Shown here in pieces: positions 51,346-58,337 of a stretch of DNA of 64,000 nt. Positions within the stretch are counted from its first letter, which is position 1. Each line of letters starts with the position of its first letter. The notes under the pieces were generated by a model. The model had not been told where the DNA came from, made no database searches, and saw only the letters and a list, made by a program, of their open reading frames with translations. Position numbers and translations under genes: made by a program. The stretch is taken from the IMG/VR virus record IMGVR_UViG_3300031722_000008, positions 1-64,000 of that record. One strand, 5' to 3'. Source of the DNA: a virus.

Positions 51346-51564
51346 ATGTAAGAGTAAATTAATACTCTAAATATAATACTAGGCTTGCAGAAGTTAACAA
51401 TACTGCAAGATGATGCCTTACTAATCTCGCCTTTATTCGCAAAACTAGGTTTACCTACTTCTTTCTTCTCATACTTCCTAATATTCTATTTACAATATTA
51501 ATTTTATGCCCCACATCATCTTAGCATTTTTAAGTATAAACTTAAAACATTGAATCAGCAGAGC

Positions 51565-51719
51565 AAGCAGAGAATAAGAGGATTCGAACCTCCAATGGAT
51601 TTCCCATGTATAATTTCAACACAGCCAGATTATGAATCATCTGACAAGCTAATCTTATCAGTTTAGTACAAAGCACTAAACTGACTTAGCAGCGTATGCC
51701 CATTCCGCCATATTCTCTG
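51565..51719 (-). ncRNA. Expanded (~150 nt) tRNA-like RNA with extra hairpins
   Basis: cagagaata/tattctctg acceptor, Leu-type D arm (tggcggaatgggcatacgc), T arm ggagg-ttcgaat-cctct, four internal hairpins. Confidence 0.7.
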
Positions 51720-51896
51720 TACTTAGTCCCAACCTACTAAGTGATGAGCTCCTCATGAACTCTCCGAAATTTTCTCCTATTTAGGTACCTAACGGTGGAA
51801 ACTCATGACCTCTTGCGGTGCAGTACTACACATATTTACCAAGATCACTTATTCTCTTTAAGTCGAGGAGACATAATTTCTGAAACCTTTTGACTT

Positions 51897-51969
51897 TGGT
51901 GGACGATTGAGGATTCGAACCTCCGACTTTCAGACCAGCTGACACGCTTTACCCTTAAGCTATTCGCCC
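51897..51969 (-). ncRNA. tRNA-like gene with 5-nt anticodon loop (CUGGU), CCA end
   Basis: tcag-ctggt-ctga arm; D and T arms present; ACCA. Confidence 0.7.
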
Positions 51970-52118
51970 ATATTAAATCCAGTCTTTCCTGGAAGTCACC
52001 TAAAATACTGATTACTCGACAATGGTTATGCCGTTATAACTCCGTATCAGCTTGGAGAGTTTCCTTATACACATCGTAGCCAATCCTAACCGCAAAAGCG
52101 CGGTGTGTACGGATTTAT

Positions 52119-52205
52119 TGGTGGAGCGAGTAGGACTTGAACCTACAATGAGCGAACTCAACAGATTTACAGTCTGCCTGCCTTTTCCAATTTGCATATC
52201 TCTCC
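52119..52205 (-). tRNA. tRNA-Tyr(GTA)
   Basis: gcaga-ct-GTA-aa-tctgt, variable arm, ACCA. Confidence 0.9.
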
Positions 52206-52266
52206 ATAGTGAGAGTTTCTAATTATTTGACCTAGCCCGGAAACTCAATAAGGTAAATGGCTATTT

Positions 52267-52355
52267 TGGCGGAGAAGAAAGGACTCGAACCTCCATGCCG
52301 ATTTCTCGACAATAGCTTAGCAAGCTATCGTGGCTACCAATTTCACCACTTCTCC
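52267..52355 (-). tRNA. tRNA-Ser(GCT)
   Basis: atagc-tt-GCT-aa-gctat, long variable arm, GCCA. Confidence 0.9.
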
Positions 52356-52439
52356 AAGTTGTTTCTAATTATTTTCGTAACTTCTTTTCGTCGTTACTTT
52401 CTAAGCCTAGAAACCTTTCAAATATGGCTCGTATTGTAT

Positions 52440-52514
52440 TGGTGCAAAGAGTAGGAATCAAACCCACTACACTTGATTATTAGTCAAGCGGTTTACCAAT
52501 AAGCCTATCTCCGC
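52440..52514 (-). tRNA. tRNA-Ile(AAT) (unusual A34)
   Basis: cttga-ct-AAT-aa-tcaag; T loop TTTGATT; ACCA. Confidence 0.75.
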
Positions 52515-52589
52515 ATATTATTTTGGCTTAGCGCCAACCGATAATTATCAGTCAACACTAATTGGTAACTTGCTGGATACCAAGCCTTC

Positions 52590-52677
52590 TGGTGCAAGTC
52601 ATGGGATTTCAACCTCATAATCTCTAAGTCACGTTAATGAAGCTTCCTTAGTGTTCTATCATCGAACTAATACTTGC
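52590..52677 (-). ncRNA. tRNA-like gene with 18-nt anticodon loop, CCA end
   Basis: ctaag-gaagcttcattaacgtga-cttag; gcaagt/acttgc acceptor; ACCA. Confidence 0.65.
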
Positions 52678-52686
52678 ATAAAATAG

Positions 52687-52757
52687 TGGGGCTAGATGGA
52701 ATCGAACCATCAACACCAGGCTTACGGCCTGTGCTCTACCGTTTGAGCTATAGTCCC
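52687..52757 (-). ncRNA. tRNA-like gene with 5-nt anticodon loop (CGUAA)
   Basis: Canonical acceptor, D and T arms; caggc-cgtaa-gcctg. Confidence 0.75.
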
Positions 52758-52762
52758 TATAA

Positions 52763-52854
52763 TGCAGAAATGACTGGATTCGAACCAGTAAATATCAAGA
52801 TATACAATTCTAGAAATTGCAAAGCCTCTCCTCTGACTATATCGCGTTCCCACA
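52763..52854 (-). ncRNA. Degenerate tRNA-like element with a CTA anticodon
   Basis: gcaat-tt-CTA-ga-attgt and T arm actgg-ttcgaat-ccagt; weak acceptor and D arm. Confidence 0.45.
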
Positions 52855-52923
52855 TCATGTATAATAATATATCATTTCTAAAAATACTTTGTCAATACTA
52901 TTTTTTAAAATAGTATAAATAGG

Positions 52924-52938
52924 GTATAAGATATTAAA
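52924..52938 (+). promoter_or_regulatory. GTATAAGATATTAAA motif
   Basis: Exact copy upstream of ORF 52958. Confidence 0.8.
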
Positions 52939-52957
52939 TAAAAAACAGAAAGAGAGA

Positions 52958-53305
52958 GTGATAAACATGAAAAAATTTATAGTAAACAGTTTAGCAGTAA
53001 TCGGAGGATTAACAGTAGTAGGAACAATAGCAGGAATGATGATAACAAAGAAAGCAATTAAAGGAATTAATGAAACAATGACACAAGAAGGTTTAGGAGA
53101 TTTAAGTCAAGTAATTAAAAAGGCAAGTGAAGATCATAAAATGAATGAGGAATTAAATAGACATGCAGAAAAATATGAAATTAAAATAGCAAAGAGTGAT
53201 AATGGATCAATAACGTTTATAAAAGATGGAGAAATTAGAGATGAATATGATAGTTTAGAGCAAGCATATAATTATGTAACAGAACATGAGGAAATTAATA
53301 AATAA
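52958..53305 (+). CDS. Membrane-anchored small protein
   Basis: SLAVIGGLTVVGTIAGMMI. Confidence 0.75.
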   Translation: MINMKKFIVNSLAVIGGLTVVGTIAGMMITKKAIKGINETMTQEGLGDLSQVIKKASEDHKMNEELNRHAEKYEIKIAKSDNGSITFIKDGEIRDEYDSLEQAYNYVTEHEEINK

Positions 53306-53327
53306 GAAGTGGGCGAAAGCCCACAAA

Positions 53328-54263
53328 TTATTTTCCTGCAATTTTTTCAAAACATTCTTCGATGATTTCATTTGCTTCTTTGTGATGAGGATTTTTTGTC
53401 TTTTTGAAAGAATCAGCTAACAGTTTTCCCCCTATAGCTATTGGGATTGCTCCTAATCCTACATGTCCAAGACCTTTAGCAAAATGTTTAGGGTTTTCCT
53501 TTATGAACCGACCAATACCTTTTAATGTTTGTTTCTCATAACCCTTTCCACCCTTTACATATTTTGATGCTATATCTCCTTGAATAACATCTGTTTGTGG
53601 ACCTAACTGATTAAATCCACTTCTAGCTACATTCATAGGAATTTTTTGACCCATATACATGATATTGCCATCCACTTTCTTTTGAAGAATTTTTTGAAAT
53701 TCTTTAGCATTCTTAGCTCCCATTAATTCTGGATTGTCTACTTTATGCATACCCTTATAATCCTTAACAGGAATATTAACTTTTAGTGTTTCTTGAGTTT
53801 TCTTTGCACCAAAAAGATCTGGCATAAGTCTTCCGTTATCAATTTGATCTCTTCTCATTCCTATTCCATCAGCTACACCTTTCTTTTTCGCCATATAAGT
53901 TTTACCTGCTTGTTCTTCTTTTCCTATACCTGCTGCCATAGAAGTTAGGTTATCAGGGTCCATAGCTTTATTTGATAATATTCCATGTTCTTTGATTCCA
54001 CTAACATTATCTTTCTTCGTATTGTGATATCTTCTAACTACACCATCTAGCATTCCTTCTTGCCTTGCCTTATTTATAACGTTTGCTCCGACTGCTCCAC
54101 CAACAATTCCTGCTCCACCCTTAGCAACTTTTTTATTATGTTCTTTTTCAGCATAGTCGAGATCTTTATTTGAAATTTCATCTACAGAAACTCCCCACTT
54201 TTTCGCAAGTTGTTTTTTTGTATATTCTACTGCTGTTTTTTCTATTTGATTTCTATAATTCAT
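53328..54263 (-). CDS. EKTA-tagged protein with putative ADP-ribosyltransferase-fold domain flanked by hydrophobic segments
   Basis: MNYRNQIEKTA; RRYHNT....V.GI.EHGI...TYM (ART/KptA-like); C-terminal KEANEIIEECFEKIA. Confidence 0.65.
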   Translation of the reverse strand: MNYRNQIEKTAVEYTKKQLAKKWGVSVDEISNKDLDYAEKEHNKKVAKGGAGIVGGAVGANVINKARQEGMLDGVVRRYHNTKKDNVSGIKEHGILSNKAMDPDNLTSMAAGIGKEEQAGKTYMAKKKGVADGIGMRRDQIDNGRLMPDLFGAKKTQETLKVNIPVKDYKGMHKVDNPELMGAKNAKEFQKILQKKVDGNIMYMGQKIPMNVARSGFNQLGPQTDVIQGDIASKYVKGGKGYEKQTLKGIGRFIKENPKHFAKGLGHVGLGAIPIAIGGKLLADSFKKTKNPHHKEANEIIEECFEKIAGK

Positions 54264-54293
54264 ATATTCTCCTCCTAATGTTTTATATTTATA

Positions 54294-54308
54294 GTATAAG
54301 ATATTAAA
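54294..54308 (+). promoter_or_regulatory. GTATAAGATATTAAA motif
   Basis: Exact copy. Confidence 0.8.
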
Positions 54309-54333
54309 CAAGATATAGAAAGAGGTGAAATTA

Positions 54334-54483
54334 ATGAAAAACAAAACAGTAGCAATAGTATTGGGATTAGGAATACTAGGAATAGTAGCATACAGAAAAA
54401 TAGAAGGAGTGATGTTTCAGAAATACTATTTAATCGCACAAGGCGAAGAAATAAGTAAATATAGAGATTCAATAAAGAAATAA
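54334..54483 (+). CDS. 49-aa single-pass membrane protein
   Basis: Manual ORF MKNKTVAIVLGLGILGIVAYRKIEG...; GAGGTG RBS; terminator follows. Confidence 0.7.
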   Translation: MKNKTVAIVLGLGILGIVAYRKIEGVMFQKYYLIAQGEEISKYRDSIKK

Positions 54484-54506
54484 AGAGTTGGGCAATGCCC
54501 AACTCT

Positions 54507-55697
54507 TTATTTCTTTTCAATTATGTCATTAACTATATCCATAGCTGTTTTTGCTAAAGCTTTTTTTGTAGATATAACACCTGCTCCATGAGTTAAGTTA
54601 TTTTTCTTACCTCTTTCAGCTTCTTCATTTTTTACAATTGTAGCTTTAGAAAGTTTATGATCTAATCCTTTTTCAGCTTCTTCTTTTCTTACACTTTCAG
54701 CTTTGCCAAGCTTATGATTTAATCCATGATGTTCTTCTTCCTTTTTCGTGATAGTAGCTTTCGCAATTGGAGAAGTTACACTTCTTGCAGCTTCTTCTTT
54801 TTTTGTGATTTCAGCTTTAGGTACTGGCGATTTCAAGCCTCTTTCTCTTTCTTCATTTAGTGTAATTGTAGCTTGAGCGATTTTTTCAAAAGTATCACTA
54901 ACTACAGTGCTTGCTTCTTTTTCAGCTAATGCTCTTCTTCTTTTCTTTTGAATTACAGCTTCTGGTGTTGTTCCAAGACTTGCTGCTAATCCTACTAATC
55001 CCATACCAGGAGCATGTTGACTTAATCCACTAGCAGCATAATTAGCAGCACCACCTAATTGTGTTTTTAAGTGCTCTTCCTTGCCTGCTTTTCCTCCGAT
55101 ATATTTTTCATGCAACTTATTAGTATCGTGAGCCCTAAATGCTGCATTTGCTCCAGCACTACCTATCCCCAATACTCCTAATTGCTTTGCACTTAACTGA
55201 CCCATATTTCCTTTACTATGAGAATGCGCCATCATTGCTATTCCAACAGGTAACATTGCTCCGAAAGTTTTAAAGCCTCTTCCGAATTCTGGAGCAATTC
55301 TATCTCTCCACATTCTAGTTTCAGTATCATCATCTCTATCTCTTGCAATTTTTTCGAATTGATCTTCGATTATATCGCTAGCCGTTTTTTGTTTTTTACT
55401 TCCAGCAGCATATCCTGCTCCAGTTGCACCTGCAAGACTTGCTGCACCTACTCCAGTAGCCACCCTTGCGTTCTTTGTCGCAGAACTTGTACTGTCAGCT
55501 TTAGCTTTAGCTTTATCAGCTATATCGCTTATTCTTTGCATGTGAGCTCCTTGATTAGATAAATTTTTGCTTCCATTTGCTGGATCAGTAAGTCTTGTTG
55601 ATGCTTTATCTAATGCTCCCTCTGCTTTATTGAGCGCTCCTTTTGCCTTTTTCAATGTCTTTCCTGTGATTAAATTTTTGTATTCGTTGAAACCCAT
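54507..55697 (-). CDS. KxA-punctuated putative virion polyprotein with hydrophobic modules and ~19-aa repeats
   Basis: KTASDIIEDQFEKIA, EKEASTVVSDTFEKIA, KTAMDIVNDIIEKK; repeats like KATITKKEEE.RGL. Confidence 0.75.
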   Translation of the reverse strand: MGFNEYKNLITGKTLKKAKGALNKAEGALDKASTRLTDPANGSKNLSNQGAHMQRISDIADKAKAKADSTSSATKNARVATGVGAASLAGATGAGYAAGSKKQKTASDIIEDQFEKIARDRDDDTETRMWRDRIAPEFGRGFKTFGAMLPVGIAMMAHSHSKGNMGQLSAKQLGVLGIGSAGANAAFRAHDTNKLHEKYIGGKAGKEEHLKTQLGGAANYAASGLSQHAPGMGLVGLAASLGTTPEAVIQKKRRRALAEKEASTVVSDTFEKIAQATITLNEERERGLKSPVPKAEITKKEEAARSVTSPIAKATITKKEEEHHGLNHKLGKAESVRKEEAEKGLDHKLSKATIVKNEEAERGKKNNLTHGAGVISTKKALAKTAMDIVNDIIEKK

Positions 55698-55741
55698 AAT
55701 ATGATCCTCCTTTTTATTCTTTAATCTTTAATCTATTTATA

Positions 55742-55756
55742 GTATAAGACATTAAA
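55742..55756 (+). promoter_or_regulatory. Variant motif GTATAAGACATTAAA
   Basis: 14/15 match. Confidence 0.75.
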
Positions 55757-55782
55757 CAATAAAATAAAAGGGAATGATTATA

Positions 55783-55869
55783 ATGGAAAGGATGATAGCA
55801 ACGATAATGGTTTTAATAGTGGTTAGTATAGCAACAAAATATATTAAAAATAAGAAGGAGAATGATTAA
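55783..55869 (+). CDS. 28-aa membrane peptide
   Basis: MERMIATIMVLIVVSIATKYIKNKKEND; behind the motif. Confidence 0.55.
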   Translation: MERMIATIMVLIVVSIATKYIKNKKEND

Positions 55870-55870
55870 G

Positions 55871-56002
55871 ATGATTAAAAGAGGAATAGTAGCAGGAATA
55901 GAAATAGGAATAGCAATAGTAGTAGCAAATTTAGTGATGGCAGGGGCATATCATATGTCAGAAAAAGCAAAAAGAAAAATAAAAGAAAATATAAAAAATT
56001 AA
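55871..56002 (+). CDS. 43-aa membrane peptide
   Basis: MIKRGIVAGIEIGIAIVVANLVMAGAYHM...; AAGGAG RBS. Confidence 0.65.
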   Translation: MIKRGIVAGIEIGIAIVVANLVMAGAYHMSEKAKRKIKENIKN

Positions 56003-56034
56003 GGTGAGGGGTTAAAATCCCTCACAATATTCTC

Positions 56035-56049
56035 GTATAAGATATTAAA
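56035..56049 (+). promoter_or_regulatory. GTATAAGATATTAAA motif
   Basis: Exact copy. Confidence 0.8.
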
Positions 56050-56067
56050 AAGAACGGAGTAGATAAT

Positions 56068-56253
56068 ATGGGATACGAAATAAATAAAAATGAATTTGAA
56101 GAATATGAAACAAAGATGAATAAATTGGAAGATATACATAATAGGTTTGATAGTAAAATTAGATTATTAACAAGAAATGGTAAATGTACAAAGACATTAG
56201 ATAAGTTAGATTACATAGAATATAAAAAAGAATTAATGATTGAAGAATTATGA
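56068..56253 (+). CDS. Small hypothetical protein
   Basis: Own motif, RBS and terminator. Confidence 0.7.
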   Translation: MGYEINKNEFEEYETKMNKLEDIHNRFDSKIRLLTRNGKCTKTLDKLDYIEYKKELMIEEL

Positions 56254-56289
56254 TTAATGGGGATAAATCCCCATTAATATTTTTTATTA

Positions 56290-56304
56290 GTATAAGATAT
56301 TAAA
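56290..56304 (+). promoter_or_regulatory. GTATAAGATATTAAA motif
   Basis: Exact copy followed by two hairpins, upstream of the amylase. Confidence 0.8.
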
Positions 56305-56376
56305 TAAAAGACTTGAAGTATTTCAAGCTTTATTTCATAATATTAGTAAATGAACTAATATTATGAAGGAGTTAGA

Positions 56377-57282
56377 GTGAGAATGAAGAGAGAAAAAATA
56401 TTTCAAGCTTTTAACTGGAGGATAAGTGATATTATAGATAACTTAAGAAAAATAGCTAGTCAAGGTTTTACAATTATACAAGTAAGTCCGCTTCAAGGAA
56501 CGAAACAGTGGATTGGTCCCTGGTGGATTTATTACCAACCTACCAATTTTAGGATTGGTAATTTTTTAGGGAATGAAAATGATTTAAGAGAACTTTGCGA
56601 AAAGGCAAATGAATACGGTATTAGAATTATAGTTGATGTGGTTTTCAATCATGTCGCTAATGCAGGTGATGGCTTAAATTCATTTATCCCTCACGAAAAT
56701 GTAGATCCATCAATCAGAAACAATCCTAATTTTTTTCATGAACGAAGAGGTATAGAAAATTATAACGATAGGTGGCAAGTTACTCATTGGGGAATAAATC
56801 TACCTGATTTAAATACAAGTAATGAGGAACTTCAATTTATTATGATTAGATATCTTCATGACTTACTTGGATGTGGAGTAAAAGGATTTAGGTTCGATGC
56901 AGCTAAGCACATAGAATTGCCTGATGATTTTGATGGGTCTAATTTTTGGCCAATGATACTGTCGGGATTAAAAGGTAGGGATTTATTTGTCTATGGTGAA
57001 GTTATAATGGCAGACAAAGAAACTGTTGATAGGTATACTAAATATATAAATGTGGGAACAGATGGATATGGCAGTGATAAGAATAAATTAATATTGTGGT
57101 CGTTTAGTCATGACGAGGACTTAACATTTAATAAGTTATCTAATTTAACTAGAGATATGACTATTAATGAGTGGTCCAATTTATTGCAAGATAACAAAGA
57201 GAGCCATGTTTTATTTTATCCAAGACAATTTGATGATACTTGGACAGATAATAGAATAAGAGAAATAAATGAAAAGTATTGA
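56377..57282 (+). CDS. Alpha-amylase (GH13 catalytic domain, cytoplasmic)
   Basis: QVSP, WWIYYQP, DVVFNH, LPDLNT, GFRFDAAKH, YGEVI, SHD; no signal peptide. Confidence 0.92.
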   Translation: MRMKREKIFQAFNWRISDIIDNLRKIASQGFTIIQVSPLQGTKQWIGPWWIYYQPTNFRIGNFLGNENDLRELCEKANEYGIRIIVDVVFNHVANAGDGLNSFIPHENVDPSIRNNPNFFHERRGIENYNDRWQVTHWGINLPDLNTSNEELQFIMIRYLHDLLGCGVKGFRFDAAKHIELPDDFDGSNFWPMILSGLKGRDLFVYGEVIMADKETVDRYTKYINVGTDGYGSDKNKLILWSFSHDEDLTFNKLSNLTRDMTINEWSNLLQDNKESHVLFYPRQFDDTWTDNRIREINEKY

Positions 57283-57288
57283 AAATTC

Positions 57289-57322
57289 AATAAGATAAGC
57301 TATAATTATAGCTTATCTTATT
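57289..57322. promoter_or_regulatory. 34-bp perfect palindrome centred on CTATAATTATAG
   Basis: aataagataagctataa|ttatagcttatcttatt. Confidence 0.6.
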
Positions 57323-57358
57323 TTTATATACAAAATAAAAGAATGGGGGATCATCAAA

Positions 57359-57940
57359 ATGATGAATATAGTAAAAGATAGTGAAGAAATTATTAAAGAA
57401 ATACGTAACCGAATACGGGGGATAACAAATCAATTCGTTAATAAGCCGATGACTAGCGATACTTTGGCATGTATAAGTTCAAATCTTAATTCGTTTCTAA
57501 AAAGTATTATTAGTCAGGGTAGACTTGATGATGGAATAAGCGCAAAAGTTGATGGAGATAAAGATACTGCTAATATACATTTTTATTATGGCGATAAGGA
57601 ATTGTATTTAGTTGATATATCGAATTTAATTGATTTTAATCCTAATGATTATTATTATGTTGAGAATGATCAAATATATCACTATTGCCCTAATAGCATA
57701 ACATTCACACTGTCATTGGATGAAGAAAAACCAACTAAGATGATACAGATTCATGAATGTAAAAAATGCCCATATATGCAACTTAGAAGTAAACGTAGAA
57801 ATCTTGGAGTTTGTGATAACCTTGATTTAGATTTATCTCATGATGAAGAAAACTTTGAACTCAAGGATAATTATATTCCCGATTGGTGTCCACTTGAAAA
57901 TTATAAGAAAGTTGATGAGGTGAAGAATAATGAAAAATAA
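57359..57940 (+). CDS. Hypothetical protein with C-terminal Cys motif
   Basis: CKKCP...C...IPDWCPL. Confidence 0.7.
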   Translation: MMNIVKDSEEIIKEIRNRIRGITNQFVNKPMTSDTLACISSNLNSFLKSIISQGRLDDGISAKVDGDKDTANIHFYYGDKELYLVDISNLIDFNPNDYYYVENDQIYHYCPNSITFTLSLDEEKPTKMIQIHECKKCPYMQLRSKRRNLGVCDNLDLDLSHDEENFELKDNYIPDWCPLENYKKVDEVKNNEK

Positions 57941-58319
57941 TAACGAAGAATTTGTAAAAGAGTTAGATATAATTGTTAAAGATGTTTGGCAACAAATAAT
58001 AGATAGGCTTGCTATTGATAAGGAGATAGCAATAATAACAGATGTGAATTTCTTCATCGAAGATAAAAGAGTTAAAGAGCTCCTAACTAAATATGAATTA
58101 AAAGCAGATAAATTTGATATAAAAATGGAAACTTCAAAAAATAAATATATTGGAAACAAGTGTAAATATTATTACAATGAAATGGAAATGAAACCAGTAT
58201 GTCATTATATTCAACCTAAAGATCGTAGAGAAGTAACATTATTGCAAATGCTAAGAGAATGTGAGAAGCAAGACACTCATACTCCTGACATCAAGCACTT
58301 GGAAGAACCTGAAAAATAA
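57930..58319 (+). CDS. Hypothetical protein
   Basis: GAGGTG RBS. Confidence 0.65.
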   Translation: MKNNNEEFVKELDIIVKDVWQQIIDRLAIDKEIAIITDVNFFIEDKRVKELLTKYELKADKFDIKMETSKNKYIGNKCKYYYNEMEMKPVCHYIQPKDRREVTLLQMLRECEKQDTHTPDIKHLEEPEK

Positions 58320-58337
58320 AACATATTGGGGGAGGAA

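Noticed and set aside
51230-51719. Group I introns in tRNA anticodon loops
   Set aside because: Insertions are well under 100 nt, too short for a group I core
52763-52854. CTA-anticodon element as evidence of TAG recoding
   Set aside because: Its acceptor and D arm are degenerate; long genes are intact under code 11, and TAG ends genes such as nrdD
50711-52913. ORFs overlapping the tRNA array
   Set aside because: They are translations of tRNA or tRNA-like sequence
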